DNA from: Candidatus Bathyarchaeota archaeon
GTDB taxonomy: Archaea; Thermoproteota; Bathyarchaeia; Bathyarchaeales; Bathycorpusculaceae
Direction: 5' to 3'
NCBI GenBank assembly: GCA_963775685.1
Contig: CAVZJV010000014.1
Location: 768,001 to 832,000 of the forward strand
DNA: 64,000 nucleotides
The stretch's first letter is position 1, and every line of letters starts with the position of its first letter. Position numbers and translations under genes: made by a program. Below the pieces are notes generated by a model. It was not told where the DNA came from, searched no databases, and saw nothing but the letters and a program-made list of their open reading frames with translations. Positions 53,777 to 62,830 of the stretch are shown here, piece after piece.

Positions 53777-54281
53777 TTTTATTCTCCTAAGAATTTAAGT
53801 CGTGAAAAGTGCGCCTTAAAAGTGCTATTCACGACTAGTCATAATTTTATTGGATAATTTAAATAGTTTTCTACTAAAGGCCTTATCGAAAAAATCGTTG
53901 TGTCTGATACATGATAGATTTAATCAAGCATGAACAATGAAGTGTCGCTTTTTGGGTTGAACTGCCTCTCAAGCCAAAAAGAAAACGGTCATAGACATCT
54001 TTTGTGGTCAAGTGTTTTTTGATTTTTCCTCTTCGATTTTCTTGCTTTGTTTTCGCCCAATTCTTTTCTTTTTTGCTTGACTACTTCTTTCATATTGTTC
54101 GAACGGTTTGCTGAGGCTCGGGGGCAGGGGGAGAAAAGAACACAACGTAGTTGGGAATATTTCATCTTTGATTTTATCCAGAACCTTCTCAGCCTATTTT
54201 TCTTCTATTTTTTTCGTAACTAAAAAAGGGGAAAGATTGTTTTTGAACTCAGACTCTACGGTAGGTCAAGGTGACAAGAAA

Positions 54282-54524
54282 TTGGTAAATATTATTGAGG
54301 ACTGGGAGGTCCTTGCTGAGTATGCTGGAGAAAAACTGGGCTTTTACCAGCTCCTAAGCAACGATGGAATCATCGAAATTAGGGTACAAACGGTCAGGAT
54401 TGGATTCAAGAAAGAGTTTGATAAGGGCGACGACCCACTCCTGACAAAAATCTTGGGTTTCTGCAAGAAACGCCGCTTTATCCAAATCAGCGAAAACATG
54501 CGTGACGACCAATTCTTCAAGTAA
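54282..54524 (+). CDS. Small integrase-proximal hypothetical protein
   Basis: TTG start after AGGTGA; VNIIEDWEVLAEYAGEKLGFYQLL..FFK. Confidence 0.6.
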   Translation: MVNIIEDWEVLAEYAGEKLGFYQLLSNDGIIEIRVQTVRIGFKKEFDKGDDPLLTKILGFCKKRRFIQISENMRDDQFFK

Positions 54525-54835
54525 CGGTGGCAGAGAACTTGAGGAAACGGCTGGATCGCAAGCGATGCGTAGTCTGTGGAAATCCTCCTGCAGGGCACAC
54601 AGGCTATGTCTAATATCAAAGCGGCATAACAAGACTGTACGCTCCATTTTGCAAAGATCACTTAAACAATGCGCCAGAGTATGCAAATCCTATCTTTGAA
54701 AACCAAGAGGCGGTGATCTGTTTAGGCAAATGTTTCCAGTAACTTACCTGCAAGACGTTAAAGGCAAGCCGATTCTATTTTTTGACTCACACAAAATGGC
54801 AAAGGAAAACTAAACAGAGCTATAGGTGGGAGGGA

Positions 54836-55175
54836 ATGGCTGAGCTTACATCGAAACCTTCTCCAGACGTATTTGGCACTAAAGTCGGTTCCAATTCTTG
54901 TAAGTCAGAGTCTGCCCAAGACTCTGCCGGCACCAGCCCCCTATGCCCACAATGCAGCTCAAAAAGAGTTTGGCGAGCGGGTTTACGTTTTGACGAGTTG
55001 GCGAAAGATTCAACGTTGGTTATGTCGAGAATGTGGATTGAGATTTTCAGATCCAAACGATCTTTAAGGTCCAAAAAGAGCGGTTGAAGCTGTTGAATCG
55101 GTTGAAACGAAGTCATTAAAAACCTCTGTCGGCATAGTAACTAGTAGCCAAATATGCGTCACGGAGACGAAAATC
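54836..55175 (+). pseudogene. Disrupted N-terminal Zn-ribbon extension of the integrase
   Basis: MAELTS..CPQCSSKRVWRAG / IQRWLCRECGLRFSDP*; after the stop the frame continues without interruption into the integrase. Confidence 0.65.
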
Positions 55176-56120
55176 TTGGTAGCAGAACAACAAACAACTA
55201 AAGTTCTGCGAAGAAACGAAACTGGCGATTTCAAACAAAAAATCCTCGAATATGCGCTCTGGCTAAAAAACAGTGGGAAAAGCGAAGCAACCATATGCGG
55301 CAGAGTTAAACTGCTAAAAAGATTGATCAAAAGGGGCGCCAATCTCTACGATCCAGAGTCACTTAAGAAAACTATCGCAGAGCAGAAATGGGGCAACGGC
55401 ATGAAAAACAACGCCGTCGACGCCTATTCATCCTTCCTAAAAATGGCTGGAGGAGAATGGGAACCCCCACTATACAAAGTTGTCCGCAAGATACCTTTCA
55501 TACCTAAAGAAACAGAAATCGATCAATTAATCGCAGGCTCCAGCAAACGTATGGCAATATTCCTACAACTACTCAAAGAAACAGGCGCACGATGCGGAGA
55601 AATCTGGCAACTCAAATGGCTCGATATCGATTTAGAAAGTAAAGTCATAAACATTACACCTGAAAAGAACAGCACCCCAAGAGTAACCCACCTAAGCAAC
55701 AAGGCTATAGACATGCTCCAAACGCTGCCCAAAAACTACGGCGACAGAGTCTTCTCATTTCAACACATGCGAGTCGACAATTACGCTGTAAATTTCCAAC
55801 GTCAACGCCGAAAAGTAGCCAACAAAATAGGCAACCAAAGAATAATGCAAATCCACTTTCACACTCTAAGATATTGGAAAGGAACAATGCTCTACCACTC
55901 ACACAAAGACATGTACTATGTCATGCAACGATTAGGCCACAAAAACATCAAAAACACACTACTTTACGTCCAACTGGAAGAAGCTCTCTTTCAAGGCGAA
56001 TGCGAGTATATTTCTAAGGTTGCGAAAACAGCAAAGGAAATATGTGCTTTAATCGAGTCAGGATTCGAATACGTTACCGAATTTCACGGCGCTAAAATCT
56101 TTAAGAAAAGGAAACTTTAA
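55176..56120 (+). CDS. Tyrosine recombinase/integrase
   Basis: ETGARCGE (R), HFHTLR (HxxR), RLGH, NTLLY (Y); ends 59 bp before the att repeat at the tRNA. Confidence 0.93.
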   Translation: MVAEQQTTKVLRRNETGDFKQKILEYALWLKNSGKSEATICGRVKLLKRLIKRGANLYDPESLKKTIAEQKWGNGMKNNAVDAYSSFLKMAGGEWEPPLYKVVRKIPFIPKETEIDQLIAGSSKRMAIFLQLLKETGARCGEIWQLKWLDIDLESKVINITPEKNSTPRVTHLSNKAIDMLQTLPKNYGDRVFSFQHMRVDNYAVNFQRQRRKVANKIGNQRIMQIHFHTLRYWKGTMLYHSHKDMYYVMQRLGHKNIKNTLLYVQLEEALFQGECEYISKVAKTAKEICALIESGFEYVTEFHGAKIFKKRKL

Positions 56121-56185
56121 CATGAAAATTAGCCAAAAGTTTAAGCAACATCGCCAGGCGGGACCCCCTTACTATTTGACCATAG

Positions 56186-56273
56186 TGGTGCAGGGGGTGG
56201 GATTTGAACCCACGAACCTCTGAAGGATAGGCTCCTGAAGCCTACGCCTTTGACCATGCTCGGCGACCCCTGC
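56186..56273 (-). tRNA. tRNA-Leu: tRNA-Leu(CAG) with encoded CCA
   Basis: GCAGGGG acceptor, anticodon arm TAGGC-TTCAGGA-GCCTA, long variable arm, GGTTCAAATCC T-arm, CCCCTGCACCA. Confidence 0.97.
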
Positions 56274-56404
56274 ACAAAAGGGCTTCGCTGTTATCAAATT
56301 GCCTTTAATGATAAATACATTACCAAAGTCAAATGACATAGGCTTTAGTTGCCAAAGCTTAAATCGCAATAACGCAAAGGATAGCTATTCAGGGTGCAGG
56401 CTTT

Positions 56405-57004
56405 ATGGCGCTTAACTGGAAACAATGGAGCAAAAAAGACATAATCTATAGAATCATAATTCCAGTAATAGTTGTTTTAGCTATTGTAGGAATTTCCAAA
56501 ATCAGGTCGATAGTAGGATACAGCTCTGCGAGCGCCGGAATAGTAATTGGAATAATAATGGAACTCTTTGAACTAACTGTTATTGTCGCAGTTCCCTTAA
56601 TTCTCGGGTTAGTCTGGAACCAGTGGGCAGGAGGCGCCTCAGGCTTTTTGATGGGTAGTCTCTACGCGTTTTACTGGTCAAGCAGCTTTCATGGCGCCGC
56701 AGGTTCGGGCACAGTTCTGTTAGCATATGTTCTTAGTGCTATGTTGATTGGCTACATTGCAGGCGCCCTAAACAAGGGCTCCCAAGATTTCAGAAGAATG
56801 ATAATTTCAGGAGTAACTGCAACCGTTATCGGAGGAGCAATGCTTTTTTGGATTTTCCTGCTTTCGCCAGCTAACGTAGTCACGGGAATAGATGGCTTGT
56901 TGTTTACCCTATTACCCCGCCTTGCATGTGGCGCCTTAATCCCAATTGTTGCAAAAGTGTTATTTTGGTATGGGATGGGCATGATTAAAAAAACAAATCA
57001 ATAA
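56405..57004 (+). CDS. Multi-TM membrane protein (possibly ECF S-component-like)
   Basis: About 6 TM helices; LGLVWNQWAGGASGFLMG. Confidence 0.7.
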   Translation: MALNWKQWSKKDIIYRIIIPVIVVLAIVGISKIRSIVGYSSASAGIVIGIIMELFELTVIVAVPLILGLVWNQWAGGASGFLMGSLYAFYWSSSFHGAAGSGTVLLAYVLSAMLIGYIAGALNKGSQDFRRMIISGVTATVIGGAMLFWIFLLSPANVVTGIDGLLFTLLPRLACGALIPIVAKVLFWYGMGMIKKTNQ

Positions 57005-57191
57005 CTTCATTTACTTGTTGTTATCTTCGATAGATTATGATTTTTGTGAGGAAAAAACTACATAAGCAAAAAATAAAGATAATATAAAATGAAAGTCCCT
57101 TAGAAAAAGTGAGTCTTACCTAAATTCGAAAATGTGATGCACTATTTTCGGTTTAAGGCTGACGCGATAACATGAAACCTTGGATAACAGG

Positions 57192-57593
57192 TTATGTTCC
57201 TGTTTGTTGAGCTATGAGTTCTTGTACTTTTCTTTCGATGTCGTCTCTGATTGCTCGTACTTTATCGATGGGTTTGCCTTTAGGGTCTTCAAGTGCCCAG
57301 TCAATTGTAGGTTTAAAGAATGGTCCGGGACAGACGTCTTGATCGTTGCATCCCATTGTAACAATTAAATCTTGGTCTATCGCCATCTTTGCCGATATCA
57401 ATTTTGGCTTGTTGCCAGAAATGTCTATACCTTTTTCCTTCATAACCTCAACAACAACTGGGTTCACATGTTCGGAAGGTTTGTTGCCTGCGCTGGAAGC
57501 CACGAACTTGTCGGCACCGTACTTTTTGGCGAACGCCTCTGCCATCTGGCTTCGGCCCGCGTTCTCAACACAGACAAACAAAATTTTCTTCAA
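57192..57593 (-). CDS. arsC: LMW-PTP-type arsenate reductase
   Basis: CVENAGRSQMAEA P-loop, TMGC..VCP, DWALEDPKG. Confidence 0.92.
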   Translation of the reverse strand: MKKILFVCVENAGRSQMAEAFAKKYGADKFVASSAGNKPSEHVNPVVVEVMKEKGIDISGNKPKLISAKMAIDQDLIVTMGCNDQDVCPGPFFKPTIDWALEDPKGKPIDKVRAIRDDIERKVQELIAQQTGT

Positions 57594-57609
57594 ATTTCCC
57601 AGCCTCTAG

Positions 57610-57900
57610 TTATGACAATGCAGCTTCCTGCAGCTTTTCAATAGTCTTTCGGGTTTCCTCCTCTGAGGGATGAGATATTGCGCCAGCAGGACAGATGTCT
57701 TCACAACCCCGGCAGAAAACGACGCATCTGTTGGGGTTTACTAATGTTAGTTTTTTGCCCTCTACCTCTTTAAGCTTGAATGTGCCCATGTGGCAGAAGT
57801 CAACGCATTTTCCGCAAGCAACACATTTTTCGTAGTCTATTTTTGGGTCCCAAGGTATTTTTTCTCTGGGGATTCCTTCGTATGTATCTTCTTCTGACAT
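57610..57900 (-). CDS. 2[4Fe-4S] ferredoxin
   Basis: CVACGKCVDFC and CVVFCRGCEDICP. Confidence 0.9.
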   Translation of the reverse strand: MSEEDTYEGIPREKIPWDPKIDYEKCVACGKCVDFCHMGTFKLKEVEGKKLTLVNPNRCVVFCRGCEDICPAGAISHPSEEETRKTIEKLQEAALS

Positions 57901-57916
57901 TCGAAATCACCTTTGT

Positions 57917-58249
57917 TTATGTTGTCCAAAACGAGTAAACTTCCAAGTTTGGGAACTGCTCTTTAAGATAAGCTTTAACTTCGTCTTCGTCGAGGTTTGG
58001 GATTCCGTTTTTATCTTTGTGGAGAGGGATTTTTGTTTCTCTGAGGGCGTCACCTTTTGGGAAGTCGTAGAAGATGAAGTAGCGTTTGTCGTGGAGCATT
58101 ATTATTTTAAGCGTAGAGAGTTCTTTGTTTTTTGAGAAACCGTTTTGTTCGAGGATGAACACTATTGAGAGGGGCTTGTTTTCATTAACTGCTTGTTTGA
58201 ATTCTTTCCAGCTTCTGAGGTGGATGTGGCCTTCTGTCAATTTTGTCAC
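57917..58249 (-). CDS. Hypothetical protein
   Basis: 110-aa ORF in an apparent operon with ferredoxin and arsC. Confidence 0.7.
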   Translation of the reverse strand: MTKLTEGHIHLRSWKEFKQAVNENKPLSIVFILEQNGFSKNKELSTLKIIMLHDKRYFIFYDFPKGDALRETKIPLHKDKNGIPNLDEDEVKAYLKEQFPNLEVYSFWTT

Positions 58250-58325
58250 TTGGTGTTTTGGATGATGTTAAATAACAAGCGTTAATGTAAATATTTAAAT
58301 ATTGTTATATACATTTTTTGCTACC

Positions 58326-58676
58326 ATGACCCCGCCAACAGCACCACAACAAAGATTTAAAGCCCAAGTCTTCCATGCCCTCTCCGACTCCAACAGACTC
58401 GAAATACTCGAATTCCTACGCGATGGAGAAAAATGCGTCTGCGAAATAGTTCCACACCTTAGCTTAATCCAACCAGTCGTTTCCCGCCACCTAAAAATCC
58501 TCAAAGATATAGGAGCAATCAGGTGCAGAAAGGACGGAACTAAAAGAATGTACTTCATAATTGATCCACGAATCCATCATGTTGTTGACGCTCTAACTCC
58601 TGGACTCATCATAATTCTACAGAAAGAAGTTATTGAACAGATGAGTTGTATCCCTTTCAGAACAGGAAAAATTTGA
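58326..58676 (+). CDS. arsR: ArsR/SmtB metalloregulator
   Basis: FHALSDSNRLEIL, EKCVCEI, QPVVSRHLKIL; start set at ATG 58326. Confidence 0.9.
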   Translation: MTPPTAPQQRFKAQVFHALSDSNRLEILEFLRDGEKCVCEIVPHLSLIQPVVSRHLKILKDIGAIRCRKDGTKRMYFIIDPRIHHVVDALTPGLIIILQKEVIEQMSCIPFRTGKI

Positions 58677-58803
58677 TGAAGTTATTTGATGCCTTGTGAA
58701 GACGAAAACAAATCTTGGGCTGGATAAGCAATACTTGAAGTAAAATCAAGGATAAAAAAAGGGTCACTTAACCCTCAAATTAAAAGCAATGAGTTGAAAA
58801 AAT

Positions 58804-59565
58804 ATGAGCAATAAAGACATAAAAAAAATTGTAAAGACAAATTATTCAAAAATAGCCACTAATACCAACTCGTGTTGCTGCTCATGTGGCTGCGGTAGCG
58901 CTGATGAGCAAACAATAAAAGAAATATCAAAAAACATCGGGTACTCAGAAGAAGAAATAAATTCTTTTCCCGAAGCCAACCTTGGTTTAGGCTGTGGTAA
59001 CCCAACTGCATTTAGTAGTATCAAAAAAGGAGATACGGTCCTTGATCTTGGAAGTGGTGCAGGTTTTGACTGTTTTTTGGCATCAAGAAAAGTCGGAAAA
59101 ATAGGCAAAGTCATCGGCTTAGATATGACTGAAGAGATGGTAGCAAAAGCAAGAAAAATAGCCAAACAACAAGAGTACGCAAACGTCGAATTTAAGCTGG
59201 GCGACATCGAGCAAATGCCTCTTGACGACAGCTCCGTTGATGTCATTATCAGCAATTGCGTTATTAATCTAGCACCCGATAAGTCAAAGGTATTCAAAGA
59301 AGCATACCGCGTACTCAAAAACGGCGGCAAAATGTATGTCTCTGACATTGTTCTACTAGGAAAACTAACTGACGAGCAACTAAATGATGATGAATTGATT
59401 TCAGGTTGCGTTGCTGGCGCTTTGCAAAAAGTTGATTACTTAAGCAAGATACAACAGGCTGGCTTCAAGGTAAAAATTGTCAACGAAGACAAGGAAATCA
59501 GCAAGACACAGTACAACGGAATTGCCCTTGAAAGCTTAAAGGTTGAAGCAACAAAACAAGATTGA
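58804..59565 (+). CDS. arsM: Arsenite methyltransferase
   Basis: Cys-rich N-terminus, NLGLGCGNP, LDLGSGAGFD, ISNCVINL, GCVAGA. Confidence 0.93.
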   Translation: MSNKDIKKIVKTNYSKIATNTNSCCCSCGCGSADEQTIKEISKNIGYSEEEINSFPEANLGLGCGNPTAFSSIKKGDTVLDLGSGAGFDCFLASRKVGKIGKVIGLDMTEEMVAKARKIAKQQEYANVEFKLGDIEQMPLDDSSVDVIISNCVINLAPDKSKVFKEAYRVLKNGGKMYVSDIVLLGKLTDEQLNDDELISGCVAGALQKVDYLSKIQQAGFKVKIVNEDKEISKTQYNGIALESLKVEATKQD

Positions 59566-59575
59566 AGGTGCTAAT

Positions 59576-60868
59576 GTGAAAAAATACCCAGTTATCGTCT
59601 TGTTTCTGGCAATTTTGCTTTTTCCCTTTTTCATAGAGGTGAACGCAACGTCACCTTCCTCCGATGACTGGCCTATGTTTCGACATGACTTGACTAACAG
59701 CGGCTACACATCTACAACACCTGCAACATCCAACAATTTGCTATGGAAATTTGAAACTGCAACCCCTGCAGGCGCTTCAGGCACAATAGTTGAGGGTCAT
59801 CTTTACATATCATCTAACGATGGCATAGTCTATTGTCTCAACGCACTAGACGGATCTCAGATATGGAGTTATACTCTATCAAATAGAGCGGCAATAAGTT
59901 CTTCCATTGCGATTGTAGATGACTATGCATATTTTGGAAGCTACAACGGGAATGTTTACTGTTTAGATACCTCATCAGGAAAAGAGATCTGGTCTTATCC
60001 TACTGGAAATAGTGTTGAATCCTCGCCAGCGGTCGCCGATGGATATGTCTATGTGGGCTCCTGGGATGGAAACCTCTATTGTTTGGATGCTTCAACTGGA
60101 AACAAAATATGGAATTACACAACGGGAAATCTTGTAGAATCCTCGCCAGCGGTAACGAATGGTCACGTCTTCATCGGAGCGGTAGACATGAATGTTTACT
60201 GTTTTGATGCGTTAACCGGTGAAAAAACATGGAGTTACCAGACTGGACAATTGATAATGTCTTCGCCTGCGGTTGTTGACGGTCGAGTCTACATAGGTTC
60301 TGAAGACAATAACCTATACTGTCTGGACACGTCAAATGGAGCAGTTCTTTGGAAGTTCACAACCCAAGGTTGGGTTGACTCGTCTCCAGCAGTTGCCAAC
60401 GGATACGTTTACGTTGGAACTGGAGAAACTGACAAGAACATTTACTGCATCAACGCGACAAACGGCAACAAAGTTTGGAATTACACCGCTAACGATGGCA
60501 TAACTTCAGCTCTAGCAATAGCGGGCAACTACGTTTATGCTTCTGCTTGGAACGGCGATATTTACTGCCTTAGCGCTTTAACAGGCGAAAGCGTTTGGAC
60601 CAAGACAACTGAGGGACATGTAAGTTCTTCTCCCATAGTCTGGAACGGATGCGTTTTTTACAGTTCATGGGATCACAATTTCTATGCTTTAGGCACGTTG
60701 CAAAGAAATGATGAACCGTCAACTGGCAATACGTTAACGTTTGCAGCAATAGCAACAGTTGTGTTATTAATCATCGCTGCCGCTGTAATTGTCGCTTTGC
60801 GAAAGAAAATGCTATTCAAGAATCAAAAAAACAACATTAATAATTCAACTCTACCTGCCTTTTTATAG
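59576..60868 (+). CDS. BamB-like PQQ-repeat beta-propeller protein, secreted and membrane anchored
   Basis: DWPMFRHD and ~40-aa repeats SSPAV..GYVYVGS.DGNLYCLDA.TG..IW; C-terminal TM. Confidence 0.9.
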   Translation: MKKYPVIVLFLAILLFPFFIEVNATSPSSDDWPMFRHDLTNSGYTSTTPATSNNLLWKFETATPAGASGTIVEGHLYISSNDGIVYCLNALDGSQIWSYTLSNRAAISSSIAIVDDYAYFGSYNGNVYCLDTSSGKEIWSYPTGNSVESSPAVADGYVYVGSWDGNLYCLDASTGNKIWNYTTGNLVESSPAVTNGHVFIGAVDMNVYCFDALTGEKTWSYQTGQLIMSSPAVVDGRVYIGSEDNNLYCLDTSNGAVLWKFTTQGWVDSSPAVANGYVYVGTGETDKNIYCINATNGNKVWNYTANDGITSALAIAGNYVYASAWNGDIYCLSALTGESVWTKTTEGHVSSSPIVWNGCVFYSSWDHNFYALGTLQRNDEPSTGNTLTFAAIATVVLLIIAAAVIVALRKKMLFKNQKNNINNSTLPAFL

Positions 60869-61052
60869 TACTAACTGGCTTTTTCAGTAAGTTCCATATA
60901 CCAGTTAGGTCAGTCGCTGAAAATTTTTCTTTAAAGAGGTTTGCTAATTTAGGTTTTCAACAGTTGTAGAAGGCGCTAAAACGGTGCTTTTCCAATAAAT
61001 TACACATTAAAAAACTAAAAGTATATAAGGAGATGATTGAGCTTTATGCAAG

Positions 61053-61174
61053 TGTCTGCCGGTCAAAGGGCACGGGTTCCACCTGATCCCATTCCGAACT
61101 CAGAAGTTAAACCGTGTTCCGTTTCCAGCTGTAGTGTGGTCTTAGGCCACGTGAACCTGGGAAAGCTGGCAACA
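61053..61174 (+). rRNA. rrf: 5S rRNA (stand-alone)
   Basis: CCTGATCCCATTCCGAACTCAGAAGTTAA loop C region; terminal helix TGCCGG/CTGGCA; TATA (gtatataa) at 61021. Confidence 0.93.
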
Positions 61175-61266
61175 TTCATTATCATTTTAAATGCAATTTT
61201 AAGCGAGATTTAGCATAGCTTTATAGGTAACCGAGAACAGTTTTTGAAAGACGTGGTGTTAGTAAA

Positions 61267-62376
61267 GTGAGTCTTATTCCCGGAAGCGATTCAATTACAC
61301 AGATAATCAGCTTGCTATCGTATGTGTTCTTTATAGTTCTGATCTTTTACGGTCAACGTATCCAAATGTACGTTATGATCCGTGAAGTCGAGAACAGTCT
61401 GCACAAGCTGAGGCACATAAAAGAGGAAGGCAGAAAAACGGCCATCGAAACTCTTAAAGAGATCGGTAAGCCAACTGCAGATCCGTCTGCACGCGTAGAC
61501 CGATACCTCGACTACTTCACCATAGGACCCCAAAATATGGATCCAGCAGGCATCGTCTACAAACTCGACCATGTCCTAGACGTCCGAGATGAACGCCTAA
61601 AAGAAGAAGTTAAACTTATGGCACCCGCTGTCCAAAACGACGATGTCCAAATCAACAACCTCGAAAACACCCTCGAAGCTGCGATGGCACTGAACTTCAT
61701 CTACAAAGTTATTCGCCACTACTATATCCAAGGCAAAAAGACGCTCAGTCTCTATGTCATCATGCAGATTCAAATGATCCTGCCCATGGTCATGAAAGAA
61801 GCCGATGCGTACTCAAGCGCACTCAAAGCCTTCGCATACGGTCAACCAATTGGCGACGGCGCAGGACCTCTGGTTGCAGGAAAACTCATGCACGGATACG
61901 AAATCCGCAAGCTACCTAAAGACTGCGTGATGGCGACTGTTCCAATCGAAGAACGGGTTGGATTAATAATTAAAGCGGAAGGTCCTGGCGGCAATGTCGG
62001 CAAACCAGGCGACGCCGTAGTAACAGTTATCGAGGAAAACGAAGGCAAAATCGGCTGCCTAATCATGATTGACGCAGGCTTAAAGCTTGAAGGCGAACTC
62101 GTCGGCGAAGTCTCCGAAGGCATTGGTGCAGCCATTGGCGGACCAGGTGTAGATGCATTCAAAATAGAAGAAAAACTAACCAAATACAAGATACCCAACT
62201 ACGCCGTAATAGTCAAAGAAGATATTGGTGACGCCGTTTCACCCATGCGCAAAGAAATCCATGAGGCAACCGACAAAGTCATCGAACGTGTGAAAACAGT
62301 TATAGTTGAGCGCACAAAGGTTGGCGATAAAGTCATTATAGTCGGAGTTGGCAATTCTATCGGAGTGGGGCAATAA
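61267..62376 (+). CDS. DUF1512-family archaeal protein
   Basis: MDPAGIV, PIGDGAGP, AEGPGGNVG, IDAGLKLEGE, GVGNSIGVGQ. Confidence 0.85.
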   Translation: MSLIPGSDSITQIISLLSYVFFIVLIFYGQRIQMYVMIREVENSLHKLRHIKEEGRKTAIETLKEIGKPTADPSARVDRYLDYFTIGPQNMDPAGIVYKLDHVLDVRDERLKEEVKLMAPAVQNDDVQINNLENTLEAAMALNFIYKVIRHYYIQGKKTLSLYVIMQIQMILPMVMKEADAYSSALKAFAYGQPIGDGAGPLVAGKLMHGYEIRKLPKDCVMATVPIEERVGLIIKAEGPGGNVGKPGDAVVTVIEENEGKIGCLIMIDAGLKLEGELVGEVSEGIGAAIGGPGVDAFKIEEKLTKYKIPNYAVIVKEDIGDAVSPMRKEIHEATDKVIERVKTVIVERTKVGDKVIIVGVGNSIGVGQ

Positions 62377-62813
62377 TGAGGATTAAACGTATGACCCAAA
62401 ACCAAACTCGATCTGCATCTGCAAACAAGAAAATCTCAACTTATCTCACCATGATAGTTTTGATTGTCATGGCTCTTGCCGTAACTGCTCTGTTGATTGC
62501 AGGCGAAACCTACTTGGCAGGCGACCTGTGGGCTGCGGGTGCCCTTGCTGGTATCGGCTCAATCGCTCTAGTACTCTCCGTGTTTTTGCTCTACCAGTCC
62601 AAACTGCAATCTGCACAAGTAAAAATTGAAGTGCCAAAGGTCATGACCACAATCGAGTGCAAGTGTGGCGAAAAAACTGTACGCGAATTCCAGCGTGGCG
62701 ACTATGTCTACAAAGATTTGGATGTTCCATGCCAAAAATGCCCAACAACACGCCAAATGATAACTGCTATCTACAAAGAAGTCAAAGAAAAGGAAAAAAC
62801 CTACAACGTCTAA
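62376..62813 (+). CDS. Two-TM protein with C-terminal Zn ribbon
   Basis: TTIECKCG..REFQRGDYV..CQKC..ITAIY. Confidence 0.8.
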   Translation: MRIKRMTQNQTRSASANKKISTYLTMIVLIVMALAVTALLIAGETYLAGDLWAAGALAGIGSIALVLSVFLLYQSKLQSAQVKIEVPKVMTTIECKCGEKTVREFQRGDYVYKDLDVPCQKCPTTRQMITAIYKEVKEKEKTYNV

Positions 62814-62830
62814 ACGAAGAAGTTTAACCT

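Larger units (their letters stand above)
32642..56213. mobile_element. ~23.5-kb integrative element at tRNA-Leu(CAG)
   Basis: Flanking 35-bp direct repeats, tyrosine integrase next to the tRNA, accessory and decayed cargo. Confidence 0.85.

Noticed and set aside
32642-56213. Intact provirus
   Set aside because: No capsid, terminase, portal or packaging ATPase genes were recognisable.
56172-56369. 65-aa ORF
   Set aside because: It reads through the tRNA-Leu gene and is spurious.
59900-60660. Short DNA direct repeats (gaatcctcgccagcggt)
   Set aside because: Explained by the ~40-aa PQQ blade repeats of the encoded protein.
61053-61174. Unlinked 5S rRNA as a novelty
   Set aside because: A 5S gene separate from 16S-23S is common in TACK archaea.
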